Below are positions 1 through 9,253 of a DNA stretch of 64,000 bases, piece after piece. Position numbers and translations under genes: made by a program. Below the pieces are notes generated by a model. It saw only the letters and a program-made list of their open reading frames with translations. It was not told where the DNA came from and did no database searches. Numbering within the stretch: position 1 is the stretch's first letter; every line of letters begins with the position of its first letter. This stretch comes from Clostridia bacterium (GTDB taxonomy: Bacteria > Bacillota > Clostridia > Christensenellales > UBA1242), in NCBI GenBank assembly GCA_017399265.1, contig JAFQDL010000006.1:4666-68665 (forward strand), given 5' to 3'.

Positions 1-1
1 A

Positions 2-556
2 TCTAAATGGAAGGTAAAAACTTATAGTTTCGTGTTATTGCTGCTAATTCCAGTGCTGGCTTTTGCTTGTCTTAGGCTCTTTGGTGAAGCGAGTTATAAT
101 GACATGACTAATTCAATATGTGCGTCTCTTAATCCTATTTATACGCCGTATGTTCAGACGGGGGAGATTGTTTTTACATGGAATTATCAATTTGATGAGT
201 TTCCAGTTGATTTCGAGATGCCAATACATAGTTCTGATATAAAGTTAGATGAGGGCGGAACTGTGACTGCGAAAGTAAAAGAAAGTATAATGGTCAAATC
301 TATTGCAGATGGAGTTGTTGATAAGGTAGAAAATATTGATGGAGAAAATATAGTAACTATAGTGTACTATGATAATTTCAAAGTAGAATATATTAATTTA
401 GATATAGTTGGCGTAATAGAAGGGAATGTTGTTGAAAAGGGAAAGGAGATAGGAACCGCAAAATTAAATGATGAAGTAAGGTTTAAAGCGTATTTAAATA
501 ATGAACAAATTAAAAATTTTAAAATAGAAAACAATAAGATCGTATGGCAAAGTTAA
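2..556 (+). CDS. SpoIVFA-like membrane protein with degenerate LytM/M23-type domain (5' end probably outside window)
   Basis: The frame is open from base 2, with no in-frame stop before the GTG at 32. A basic stretch and hydrophobic helix (LLLLIPVLAFACL) are followed by a beta-rich C-terminal domain (IADGVVDKV...IVTIVYYDNFKVEYINL...KGKEIG). It overlaps the downstream M50 protease gene by 13 nt, as in spoIVFA-spoIVFB operons. Confidence 0.45.
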   Translation, partial: SKWKVKTYSFVLLLLIPVLAFACLRLFGEASYNDMTNSICASLNPIYTPYVQTGEIVFTWNYQFDEFPVDFEMPIHSSDIKLDEGGTVTAKVKESIMVKSIADGVVDKVENIDGENIVTIVYYDNFKVEYINLDIVGVIEGNVVEKGKEIGTAKLNDEVRFKAYLNNEQIKNFKIENNKIVWQS

Positions 557-1371
557 AAATTACAATTGAACCATTGTTTATAGTAGCACTATTTCTATTC
601 ATATTTTTTGGTTGGATAGAAGAGGTGCTATTTTACATAATCGCACTAGTATTGCATGAATATTCTCACTATTTCGTGGCAAAAAAATTAGGGTATAGTC
701 TTAACAATATTACATTTTCTCCTTTTGGTGCATCGCTTAATGGGTGTAAAAATTATTTTAAGCCAAAAGAAGAAATAATTATTGCGATGGCTGGTCCTAT
801 TTGTAATTTGACTCTAGTTGTAGTTTTAATTGCATTATGGTGGGTTTATCCAGAGTCATATTTGATAACATATTTTTTTGTTCAAGCAAATTTAGCTTTA
901 TTTATTTTTAATATGCTTCCGCTATTTCCATTAGATGCTGGTAGAATCTTAATGGTATTTATTAAAAAAAAGAAATATTCAAAACTTATGATGAATATAT
1001 ACAAATATAATAGTTTAGTTATTGCAATCATTTTTATATGTTTATTTGTTTCGACTGCATTTAATAAGATAAATTTTAGTTTTTTGTTTGTTGCAATATT
1101 ACTTATAATATCAATATTTGATATGAAGAAAGATATATATTATCAATATTCTTTTCTTGATAAAACAGAAAGCGATTATTTAAAAGTATTAGAAAACAAG
1201 ACATATATAGTTCCTCATAGTATAAACACAATACAACTTTTAAAATTTATTAATAAAAATACTTATTCTACTTTTAAAATAATAGACAAAAGTGGTAAAA
1301 TAATAAGTGAAGTAAGCGAAAAAGAATTGATTAATAAATTAGTAGAAGGACAAAATATTGGAAGAAATTAG
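544..1371 (+). CDS. spoIVFB: SpoIVFB-like site-2 (M50) intramembrane zinc metalloprotease with C-terminal CBS-like domain
   Basis: HEYSH (HExxH) lies in a TM helix, and NMLPLFPLDAGR matches the NxxPxxxLDG motif. There are multiple TM helices and a soluble C-terminal tail of about 90 aa. The genome has a sporulation gene context. Confidence 0.7.
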   Translation: MAKLKITIEPLFIVALFLFIFFGWIEEVLFYIIALVLHEYSHYFVAKKLGYSLNNITFSPFGASLNGCKNYFKPKEEIIIAMAGPICNLTLVVVLIALWWVYPESYLITYFFVQANLALFIFNMLPLFPLDAGRILMVFIKKKKYSKLMMNIYKYNSLVIAIIFICLFVSTAFNKINFSFLFVAILLIISIFDMKKDIYYQYSFLDKTESDYLKVLENKTYIVPHSINTIQLLKFINKNTYSTFKIIDKSGKIISEVSEKELINKLVEGQNIGRN

Positions 1372-2056
1372 GACTAAAGGCGTCGTAATAGATGCTATTG
1401 ATTACAAAGAGTATGATAAGATTATAACTATATTTACATTAGAACTGGGTGTAATAAAAGCGGTTGTTAAGGGAGTAAAAAAACCTACTGCAAAAATGCG
1501 TTTTGCGGGGCAGATACTTTGTTTTGGAGAGTTTATATTATCTAAGCGTGGAGATATGTACACTGTTATTACACTTGACTTAGTGGAAAGTTTTTTTGAA
1601 ATTGCATATAATTATGAAAAGTTTTTGTTGTCTGTTGACCTTATAAAAATTGTAAAATTTGTAAACAAATACAATCCGGATAGTTCGGAGCTCTTTGTTG
1701 TATTTGTGGCAATTCTTAATGTTTTACTAAAAACTCAGACTGATAACAATGTGGTATATATTAAATTTTTAATAGAGACACTAAAGGCGCTAGGGTATGA
1801 GCATGAGTATAAAATTTGTGAGAAATGCCGAAAACCTCATGAAGAGTATGCATATATAGATAAGTTTTCTGGAGCAATAGTGTGTAGAGATTGTGTAAAA
1901 GATAAGAGTCTAAGGCTCAATAAGGATATTTGTGATTTTTTAGATTTGGTAGCTGGTACATCGTATGTAGAATTAGAAGGATTGACTTTGCCAGAAGAAA
2001 AATTATTAAATGCATTAAAATATTTGCAGATTTTGTTCAAGATCAACTGTGGATAA
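1358..2056 (+). CDS. recO: DNA repair/recombination mediator RecO
   Basis: The N-terminal OB-fold signature (KGVVIDAIDYKEYDKIITIFT...G.I.AVVKGVKK) and the CxxC...CxxC zinc finger (CEKCRKP...CRDC) are typical of RecO. Confidence 0.85.
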   Translation: MEEIRTKGVVIDAIDYKEYDKIITIFTLELGVIKAVVKGVKKPTAKMRFAGQILCFGEFILSKRGDMYTVITLDLVESFFEIAYNYEKFLLSVDLIKIVKFVNKYNPDSSELFVVFVAILNVLLKTQTDNNVVYIKFLIETLKALGYEHEYKICEKCRKPHEEYAYIDKFSGAIVCRDCVKDKSLRLNKDICDFLDLVAGTSYVELEGLTLPEEKLLNALKYLQILFKINCG

Positions 2057-2060
2057 TCCT

Positions 2061-2097
2061 ACTTGTCAAACTGGTTAGTTTGGCAAGTATTTTTTTT
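2061..2097 (+). terminator. Rho-independent terminator after recO
   Basis: An 11-bp stem (acttgtcaaac / gtttggcaagt, one G-U pair) is followed by a T8 run. Confidence 0.7.
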
Positions 2098-2206
2098 AAA
2101 ATTTAATATTTTTTTGGCGATATCTCTTGCTATTTGTATATTATTTTAATATAATAATTATCGGTATTTTAAAAAGCCGAATAAAAATAAAACAGGAGAA
2201 AAATAT

Positions 2207-4849
2207 ATGGCAAATAAATTTGTATATTTGTTCAAAGAAGGCAATGCCACTATGAGAGAAGTTCTTGGTGGTAAAGGTGCTAACCTTGCTGAAATGACAA
2301 AGATTGGTCTACCAGTTCCTCAAGGTTTCACTATTTCAACAGAAGCCTGCACTCAGTATTATGAAGATGGAAGACAAATCAATGACCAAATCAGAGCTGA
2401 AATAATGGAAAACATTGAAAAAATGGAAGAAATTACTGGCAAGAAATTTGGTGATAAAGAAAATCCTCTTCTAGTTTCTGTTCGTTCTGGTGCACGTGCA
2501 TCTATGCCAGGTATGATGGATACTATCCTTAACCTTGGTCTTAATGAAGAAGTTGTAGAGACTCTTGCTAGAAAGAGTGGTAATCCAAGATGGGCTTGGG
2601 ACTGTTACAGAAGATTTATTCAAATGTTCTCAGACGTAGTTATGGAAGTTGGTAAGAAATATTTCGAAAAACTTATCGATGCTATGAAAGAAGAAAAAGG
2701 CGTTGTATATGACGTTGATCTAACTGCAGAAGATTTGAAAGCTCTTGCTAACCAATTCAAAGCAGAATACAAAAATCAATTAGGAAAAGATTTCCCTAAT
2801 GATCCAAAAGAACAATTATTCGAAGCTATCAAAGCGGTATTCCGTTCTTGGGACAACCCTAGAGCAAATATCTATCGTATGGACCACGATATTCCTTATT
2901 CTTGGGGTACAGCTGTTAACGTACAAATGATGGTATTTGGTAACATGGGTGAAACTAGTGGTACTGGTGTTGCATTTACAAGAAACCCAGCTACTGGTGA
3001 GAAAGGCTTGATGGGTGAATTCTTAATGAATGCACAAGGTGAGGACGTTGTTGCAGGTGTTAGAACTCCAATGCCTATTGACAAGATGAAAGAGGTTATG
3101 CCAGAGGTATATGATCAATTCATCAATATTTGCAATATCTTAGAAAATCACTATCGTGATATGCAAGATATGGAATTTACAATCGAAGATAAGAAATTAT
3201 ACATGCTTCAAACAAGAAATGGTAAGAGAACAGCCGCTGCTGCTATCAAAATCGCTTGTGACTTGATTGATGAAGGTATGATCTCTGAGAAAGAAGCATT
3301 AATGCAAATTGATGCAAAGACTCTAGATATGTTACTACACCCAACATTCGATACTGCTGCATTAAAAGATGCTGACAAAAATAATGTTGTAGGTAAGGCT
3401 ATCGCTGCTTCTCCAGGCGCTGCTGCTGGTACTATTGTATTTACTGCAGAAGATGCTGTTAAAGAAGGCAAAGAGGGTAAGAAAGTTATCCTTGTTAGAC
3501 TTGAAACTAGCCCAGAAGATATCGAAGGTATGAAATATGCTCAAGGTATCTTGACTGTTCGTGGTGGACAAACTTCTCACGCTGCCGTTGTAGCTAGAGG
3601 AATGGGTACTTGTTGCGTATCTGGTTGTGGAGATATCAAGATGGATGAAGAGAACAAATGCTTCACTCTTGCTGGAAAGACTTTCAAAGAAGGTGATGTA
3701 TTGTCTCTAGATGGTTCTACTGGTACTATTTATGACTGCATGATCAAGACAGTTCCTGCTGATCCAAATAGCGGTTACTTTGGTAGAATTATGAAACTTG
3801 CTGACAAATATAAGAAACTTGGCGTTAAGACAAATGCTGATAGTCCTGCTGATGCAAGACGTGCTGTTGAACTTGGTGCTGAGGGTATTGGTCTATGCAG
3901 AACAGAGCATATGTTCTTCGATCCTGCTAGAATTGGTGCATTCAGAGAAATGATTTGTGCTGATACTGTAGAAGAAAGAGAAGCTGCTCTAGAGAAGATT
4001 GAACCTATGCAACAAGAAGACTTCGAAGGTCTATTCGAAGCACTTGAGGGTAGATCTGTTACAATCAGATTCTTAGATCCACCTCTACATGAATTCGTTC
4101 CAACTGCAGAAGAAGATATTGCTGCTCTTGCTAAAACTCAAGGCAAGACTGTTGCTCAAATTAAGCAATTAATTGCTGATCTTCATGAATTCAACCCAAT
4201 GATGGGTCACAGAGGTTGTAGACTTGCTGTTACTTATCCTGAGATTGCTGAAATGCAAACTAAGGCTGTTATCAAAGCTGCTATCGCAGTTCAAAAGAGA
4301 CATGCTGATTGGAAGGTAGTTCCTCAAATTATGATCCCACTTGTTGGCGAAATCAAAGAATTCAAATTCGTTAAAGATGTAGTTGTAAGAACTGCTGATG
4401 CTGTTATTGCTGAAGCTGGTGTAGAATTAACTTACGAAGTTGGTACAATGATGGAAATTCCAAGAGCTTGCTTAGTATCTGATGAAATCGGTGCAGAAGC
4501 AGACTTCTTCAGTTTCGGTACTAACGACCTAACTCAAATGACATTCGGATTTAGCCGTGACGATGCTGGTAAATTCTTACCATCATATTATTCAAGCAAA
4601 ATCTATGAGAGTGATCCATTTGCTAGATTAGATACTAATGGTGTTGGTAAATTAATGAAATTAGCTGTTTCTCAAGGTAGAGCTGCTAATGCTAAACTTC
4701 ATGCTGGTATTTGTGGTGAACACGGTGGAGATCCATCTTCTATCGAATTCTGCCACAGCATTGGTCTAAACTATGTATCATGCTCTCCATTCAGAGTTCC
4801 TATCGCTAGACTTGCTGCTGCTCAAGCTGCTATCAGAAGCGAGAAATAA
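2207..4849 (+). CDS. ppdK: Pyruvate, phosphate dikinase
   Basis: The 880-aa product shows full-length PPDK hallmarks: FGGKGANLAEM-type N-terminus, the phospho-His loop GGQTSHAAVVARGMG, and the C-terminal PEP-utilising TIM barrel (GLCRTEHMF, FFSFGTNDLTQ, SCSP). A strong SD and biased codon use are present. Confidence 0.97.
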   Translation: MANKFVYLFKEGNATMREVLGGKGANLAEMTKIGLPVPQGFTISTEACTQYYEDGRQINDQIRAEIMENIEKMEEITGKKFGDKENPLLVSVRSGARASMPGMMDTILNLGLNEEVVETLARKSGNPRWAWDCYRRFIQMFSDVVMEVGKKYFEKLIDAMKEEKGVVYDVDLTAEDLKALANQFKAEYKNQLGKDFPNDPKEQLFEAIKAVFRSWDNPRANIYRMDHDIPYSWGTAVNVQMMVFGNMGETSGTGVAFTRNPATGEKGLMGEFLMNAQGEDVVAGVRTPMPIDKMKEVMPEVYDQFINICNILENHYRDMQDMEFTIEDKKLYMLQTRNGKRTAAAAIKIACDLIDEGMISEKEALMQIDAKTLDMLLHPTFDTAALKDADKNNVVGKAIAASPGAAAGTIVFTAEDAVKEGKEGKKVILVRLETSPEDIEGMKYAQGILTVRGGQTSHAAVVARGMGTCCVSGCGDIKMDEENKCFTLAGKTFKEGDVLSLDGSTGTIYDCMIKTVPADPNSGYFGRIMKLADKYKKLGVKTNADSPADARRAVELGAEGIGLCRTEHMFFDPARIGAFREMICADTVEEREAALEKIEPMQQEDFEGLFEALEGRSVTIRFLDPPLHEFVPTAEEDIAALAKTQGKTVAQIKQLIADLHEFNPMMGHRGCRLAVTYPEIAEMQTKAVIKAAIAVQKRHADWKVVPQIMIPLVGEIKEFKFVKDVVVRTADAVIAEAGVELTYEVGTMMEIPRACLVSDEIGAEADFFSFGTNDLTQMTFGFSRDDAGKFLPSYYSSKIYESDPFARLDTNGVGKLMKLAVSQGRAANAKLHAGICGEHGGDPSSIEFCHSIGLNYVSCSPFRVPIARLAAAQAAIRSEK

Positions 4850-4863
4850 TTCGGTATAGATAT

Positions 4864-4898
4864 AAAAAAGAGGTTTTGAAAAAAACCTCTTTTTTTTT
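4864..4898 (+). terminator. Rho-independent terminator after ppdK
   Basis: The stem gaggtttt/aaaacctc is flanked by an A-run and a T9 run. Confidence 0.8.
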
Positions 4899-4985
4899 GC
4901 TTTATATTTATAATATACAAGTTAAATTATTTGCTTTTTAAAGCGAAATTATTTATTATAATAAAAAATATAAGGTGGTTGTGTT

Positions 4986-5693
4986 ATGGGTCCAAAAATA
5001 TGGGGTTGGCAACATATTGTATATATGGTTGTGGTTTTAACTTTGGTTATTATTGGCTTGGTATTTGCTAAAAAGTTTGCAAAAACTGAAAAATCACAAA
5101 GGGTTATTATAAAGTCGTTAGGGGTAGCACTGCTAATTGCGATTGTCTGCAATAGAATATCTATTGTGTTTAAGACAAATCCACCAGAATGGAGTTGGTT
5201 GTTTCCAGATAGTTTTTGTGGAATGAGTAGTTTGGTTTTAGCACTTGCAGTCTTAATTGGAAAAAAGAATAATGATGTTTTACATTTTGTTTGGTTAATA
5301 GCTTTTGCGGGTGGAATAATTACATTCTTTTATCCAGAGTTTTTGGGGCAAAATGTTTCTTTTTTCTATATTCCTACAATTACGGGCTTACTACATCATA
5401 CATTATCATGGATTGTTATTACTACTTTAATTATGTTTGATTATTTGCACATTACATATAAGAAATGGTATTGTACGCTTTGGGGATTTACTAGCTATTT
5501 GTCTGCAGGGGCCTTTATTATTTCTGTTCTTGGTCATGGAGATGCGTTTAGTATTTTTAATCCAATACTTGAGGGGACTCCGTTGACTTTTTGGGTAGCT
5601 ACACCTATTTATCTTTCGGTATATGCAGTTTTGCTATGGGTATTCTATATAATAGATAAGAAAAAGTTAAAAAAAGTTCAATTAAATAAGTAA
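4986..5693 (+). CDS. YwaF-like (TIGR02206-type) polytopic membrane protein, paralog 1
   Basis: The product has about 7 predicted TM helices. Its architecture and length match the second copy at 49763-50521. The family assignment is from memory of YwaF-type proteins only. Confidence 0.45.
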   Translation: MGPKIWGWQHIVYMVVVLTLVIIGLVFAKKFAKTEKSQRVIIKSLGVALLIAIVCNRISIVFKTNPPEWSWLFPDSFCGMSSLVLALAVLIGKKNNDVLHFVWLIAFAGGIITFFYPEFLGQNVSFFYIPTITGLLHHTLSWIVITTLIMFDYLHITYKKWYCTLWGFTSYLSAGAFIISVLGHGDAFSIFNPILEGTPLTFWVATPIYLSVYAVLLWVFYIIDKKKLKKVQLNK

Positions 5694-5750
5694 AAATATA
5701 CATTAAAAAAAGAGGCGAAGGCCTATAACTTTTGAAACTAGCGATATATT

Positions 5751-5781
5751 AAAAAGCAAACTAATATGTTTGCTTTTTTTG
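5751..5781 (+). terminator. Rho-independent terminator
   Basis: The stem aaagcaaac/gtttgcttt is followed by a T-run. Confidence 0.65.
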
Positions 5782-5840
5782 TTTTGCTATTGATATTTGT
5801 TATAAAACATGCTATACTCTTAATAATTTAAGGAGCAAAT

Positions 5841-6653
5841 ATGGGTTTATTAGAATTCTTTAGAAATAGACAACAAAAAAGTAAAAACACATCTTTGGTA
5901 GAGAAAGGTGATAGCTCTATCGCGCCTTATACACCAAAGAAGAAAAAAATTCGCACTATCGTAGATTTCGTTGAAAATGCTTTAATAAGTAATGGTGGAA
6001 ACTATGAAGATATACACCAAAAATTACTTTCTATGTCTGAATTTGCTAAATACGCAAGAGAATATGGTGTTGAATGTAATTTATGTGGAATTGATATTGC
6101 TTTAAGAGATTTTTTTACTGAACAAGCAGACATTAAACATTTTCCTATAAAAGATAAACCACATGCTGCTTTTTATGCTAAAAAAGACGGTTGGAACTTT
6201 TATAACTATCGTGGCGTAACGGTTATGCAAGATGAACAAGCAAAAAGACCTGTTATGTATTATGGTAGAAGAAATAAAAATGCAGAAACGCATAGAAACG
6301 ATTGTATATTTGCTTTTGGTGACGATGTTGTTGTATTACGAGATGAGTGTAAGGCAAATTATGATGAAATCCCATTGTGGGGAGACGGAACATATGCAGA
6401 ATTTTCATTTGATAAAAACAACCATATCATAAGTGTAAAATATCGTTATATGACACATCCAAGATTAGGTTTTTGGAGTAAAGAACAAGTTTGTGAATTT
6501 GACGCTGAAAGTGGTCAATATAGATTATTGCCAACACAAATACCAGAAAGAACTTACAATGACCCAAAACCTAGTGATAAAAGTATAAAAAAATGTGCTA
6601 ATCTAATTGTAAATATGTTTGATGATACAAAAGATGAAACATTAAGTAAATAA
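5841..6653 (+). CDS. Hypothetical soluble protein (270 aa), no recognisable family
   Basis: The SD aaggag lies 7 nt upstream of the ATG. An upstream promoter-like element reads TTGCTA-N17-TGcTATACT. The long ORF has normal composition. Two hairpins follow it. Confidence 0.6.
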   Translation: MGLLEFFRNRQQKSKNTSLVEKGDSSIAPYTPKKKKIRTIVDFVENALISNGGNYEDIHQKLLSMSEFAKYAREYGVECNLCGIDIALRDFFTEQADIKHFPIKDKPHAAFYAKKDGWNFYNYRGVTVMQDEQAKRPVMYYGRRNKNAETHRNDCIFAFGDDVVVLRDECKANYDEIPLWGDGTYAEFSFDKNNHIISVKYRYMTHPRLGFWSKEQVCEFDAESGQYRLLPTQIPERTYNDPKPSDKSIKKCANLIVNMFDDTKDETLSK

Positions 6654-6668
6654 AGATTTTGGCAGTTA

Positions 6669-6726
6669 GACGTGTGCTTGTCATATACAAGCGTTCTCGC
6701 CTTGCTCGAACAGACAAGCACACGTC
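6669..6726. repeat. Perfect 14-bp GC-rich inverted repeat (gacgtgtgcttgtc / gacaagcacacgtc) with 30-nt loop
   Basis: Read directly from the sequence. It is locally GC-rich within AT-rich surroundings and has no adjacent T-run. Confidence 0.8.
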
Positions 6727-6750
6727 AATAAACTAAATTAAAGCAAACAA

Positions 6751-6791
6751 AAAGCGAAAGTGTTGGTGAACGTAACACACTTTCGTTTTTT
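6751..6791 (+). terminator. Rho-independent terminator downstream of the 270-aa gene
   Basis: A 9-bp stem (cgaaagtgt/acactttcg) is followed by a T-run. Confidence 0.65.
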
Positions 6792-6825
6792 GCTGTTTTA
6801 TACAATGGCTAATTTATTCCATGGT

Positions 6826-6962
6826 GTACTTGACAAGAGTCTCTGAAATGTTTTCTTTTTTTTGCTGGTTAAGACAGAGAAACAAGAATTGTGATTATTT
6901 GTTGATCTTTTTGTTTCTCTGCCTTTTGATATTGTGTTTTCATTTCTTCTCTTGTCAAGTAC
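6826..6962. repeat. 137-bp nested inverted-repeat element (long imperfect hairpin)
   Basis: The outer arms are a perfect 14 bp (gtacttgacaagag at 6826-6839; ctcttgtcaagtac at 6949-6962). The middle pair is 6 bp (6845-6850 / 6941-6946) and the inner arms are 11 bp (cagagaaacaa 6875-6885 / ttgtttctctg 6911-6921). Each outer arm contains TTGACA pointing inward. Confidence 0.8.
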
Positions 6963-7082
6963 CTTTCACGGCATAAAGTAGACATAAAAAAGATTAGAAT
7001 ATTTCTGCTCTAATCTTAAAATTATTACACTAGTTTCAAAAGTGTTAGACTAAGACCTCTTTTTTATATTTGGTAAGAATAT

Positions 7083-7116
7083 AAAAAAGTGAGATTATAT
7101 AATCTCACTTTTTTAA
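7083..7116 (-). terminator. Rho-independent terminator of the coupling-protein gene
   Basis: The stem agtgagatt/aatctcact is flanked by A/T runs, directly after the stop codon at 7113-7115. Confidence 0.8.
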
Positions 7117-9167
7117 AAGTCAAATGGGTTATTGCTTGCGTTTGCGCCAGCTCCTGTGTTATCAGCTCCACCACGAAGTATTTTGTTGTTACGAATCTTA
7201 ATATCATAATACATTTCTGCTTCATTAATAGGTTGAGGAACTCTGTATGGATCTACAGCTTTATTCATATCATAAAATTGTCTTGCTTTATAACTAGGAG
7301 TAAATACAGATCTGATAGGGTTTTGTTGCAAGATATATACTATACATTCACCAGAGTTTGGTTTTAATGAAGCCAATTCTGCTGGATATATAAGAGGACG
7401 GCTTTCTACGGATACCGATGTAGAAGTGCTTCTGTTATATCCATTTTCTTTTGTGCTGTCTTTATTTTTAGATTCAGATATATTCTCAGTCTCAACTGTT
7501 GTTTCACCGCAACGTTTACTAAATTTTTCTAGCGTACCTTGGTCATTTGATGTTATAAATATGTGAATATTACAGTTATCTTCTACCGTAGCCGCGACTT
7601 CGTTTCCGTACTTGGTTGTAAGCTGTACGTATGATTGAAGAATAAGTGTGAAGAATATTCTTCTAGAACGTGCAACGGTAATGATTGTGTCAAAGTTTTG
7701 TATTTTTGGCATGTTACCAAATTCGTCAAGTAGGAAGAATACATCACGAGGTAATGCTCCACCATTAGCATTGGCGCTAGCAACTAGTATCTTATAGAGC
7801 TGCGATATGAACATTGTCGCAATTGGGTGACGAGTAGTTTTTTCGTCAGGAATCTTAATGAATAGGGCAGTAGGTTGTTCTGCAAAGTCTTCTAACTTCA
7901 TATCATTCCTACTTGTAGCAAAACATATACCTGCGTCACTAAACAAGCCCATTCTTTCTGTTACGATACCCATATAAGATTTTGCAGTTTTCTCAGAGTT
8001 TGCTACGACTTGGTTGGCAAGTTGTGTGGCTAGACTTAGTTGGTCTCTACCTTGGAAATATTCTTGCAAAGACTTAATAGGGTTGTATTGATCATTGTCT
8101 TTTACGTTCAATATTTTACTCAAGTTGAAGAAATTGAATTTCTCTTTTGTCATACCTAGATTTGGATTTTCGCTATCTTCCATCATAGCAAGCATTGTAC
8201 CAAATATTAGGTCTTTGGCACCTCTTTCCCATATAGGATCATTGTTAGATTCGATAGGGCAAAGGGTTGCAGCTAAGTCTTTTAAATCTTCGAATGAGTC
8301 GTTCTTAAGTACTTGTCTTACACCTTCTAGATGTGCTTTTAGTTCAGGTTCGTTGGAGAATGCATAACCATCGAATTCGTACCATGTTCTAAAATATTCT
8401 TTGTTTACACACTTTAGTCCATAAGTTCTAGGATCGTCACCATGGTGTACTTTTACTTCTTTGTTTAGATTTAGAGCACGCATATTCATTTCATATGCTC
8501 TAGTCATAGGATTCCAGCATGTGCTTTGGAAGGGTTCTTTTAAGTCAAATACTAGTACTCTATATCCACGTTTTCTTAATTTCTCGCTATGGTTTTCGTA
8601 TATTTCACCTTTAGGGTCTGTTACAACTAAGCAAGGCTTTGCAGCACTCTCTGCTAATATTTGTACTGTAGGGTCTACGAATTGTGTTGTTTTACCAGAA
8701 CCGGTTGTACCAATTACTAGGGTATGGATAGCCTTGTACATATTGACACATAGTCTATTTTTTACCATCTGTGCTCTGATTGGTACACCAATATTCTTGG
8801 AAGAACTTAACTGGTCGTAATAGTGGAATTTGAATTGAGAGTCTGTTCTTAATTCTTTCTCTGACATCCATCTAGTTTCGTAGAATTTGTTACCTTTCTT
8901 GTTAACAACCTTAGCACCAGAATGACTTCTGCCAAACAATCCAAATCCTTTTCCGTTAAAGCCAAGTAGAAAGAATAAAACGATTAAAGTTGCAATAATC
9001 AGGAATGCAGATGTAAAACTAGGATTTGTAAAAACCTCAAAGCTGAATTTGAATGAACCAAAAGTAATAAATGTAGCAGTTGTGTATGCTCCAGCAAAGG
9101 ATGCTACAACAGTAAATACTATAAACAAGAGAATGCTACCAAATGTTATTTTTCTATCATCTGACAT
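7113..9167 (-). CDS. Type IV secretion coupling protein (VirD4/TraG/TraD family ATPase)
   Basis: Two N-terminal TM helices are present. Motifs seen are Walker A GTTGSGKT, VVTDPKGE, and Walker B / TraG-D_C-like FFLLDEFGNMPKI followed by ARSRRIFF. The SD is gaggtga. Confidence 0.85.
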   Translation of the reverse strand: MSDDRKITFGSILLFIVFTVVASFAGAYTTATFITFGSFKFSFEVFTNPSFTSAFLIIATLIVLFFLLGFNGKGFGLFGRSHSGAKVVNKKGNKFYETRWMSEKELRTDSQFKFHYYDQLSSSKNIGVPIRAQMVKNRLCVNMYKAIHTLVIGTTGSGKTTQFVDPTVQILAESAAKPCLVVTDPKGEIYENHSEKLRKRGYRVLVFDLKEPFQSTCWNPMTRAYEMNMRALNLNKEVKVHHGDDPRTYGLKCVNKEYFRTWYEFDGYAFSNEPELKAHLEGVRQVLKNDSFEDLKDLAATLCPIESNNDPIWERGAKDLIFGTMLAMMEDSENPNLGMTKEKFNFFNLSKILNVKDNDQYNPIKSLQEYFQGRDQLSLATQLANQVVANSEKTAKSYMGIVTERMGLFSDAGICFATSRNDMKLEDFAEQPTALFIKIPDEKTTRHPIATMFISQLYKILVASANANGGALPRDVFFLLDEFGNMPKIQNFDTIITVARSRRIFFTLILQSYVQLTTKYGNEVAATVEDNCNIHIFITSNDQGTLEKFSKRCGETTVETENISESKNKDSTKENGYNRSTSTSVSVESRPLIYPAELASLKPNSGECIVYILQQNPIRSVFTPSYKARQFYDMNKAVDPYRVPQPINEAEMYYDIKIRNNKILRGGADNTGAGANASNNPFDF

Positions 9168-9224
9168 AATGTCACCTCGATATATTATTGACTAGATTTG
9201 TAAAAAATTTTACCTTGTATATAT

Positions 9225-9253
9225 AGTTTATAATAACTATTTGACATTGTCAA
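9225..9253 (-). promoter_or_regulatory. Putative sigma-A promoter for the coupling-protein gene
   Basis: On the minus strand the element reads TTGACA-N17-TAAACT. The -35 box lies within the palindrome ttgacattgtcaa. Confidence 0.4.

Noticed and set aside
6821-6976. 51-aa plus-strand ORF (MVYLTRVSEMFSFFCW...) and 24-aa minus-strand ORF (6869-6943, MKTQYQKAEKQKDQQIITILVSLS) inside the nested palindrome. I considered them as possible type I toxin-like peptides.
   Set aside because: Neither has a convincing SD. The Phe/Cys/Leu richness of the first reflects T-rich DNA. The second has only a 9-residue hydrophobic end. The palindrome itself explains the open frames. They are kept only as a caveat to the inverted-repeat finding.
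7113-9167. I considered whether the 684-aa ATPase is the sporulation DNA translocase SpoIIIE/FtsK rather than a T4CP.
   Set aside because: It has only two N-terminal TM helices and no FtsK gamma/winged-helix end. Its Walker B context (LLDEFGNMPKI) and the VTDPKGE motif are those of TraG/VirD4-type coupling proteins.
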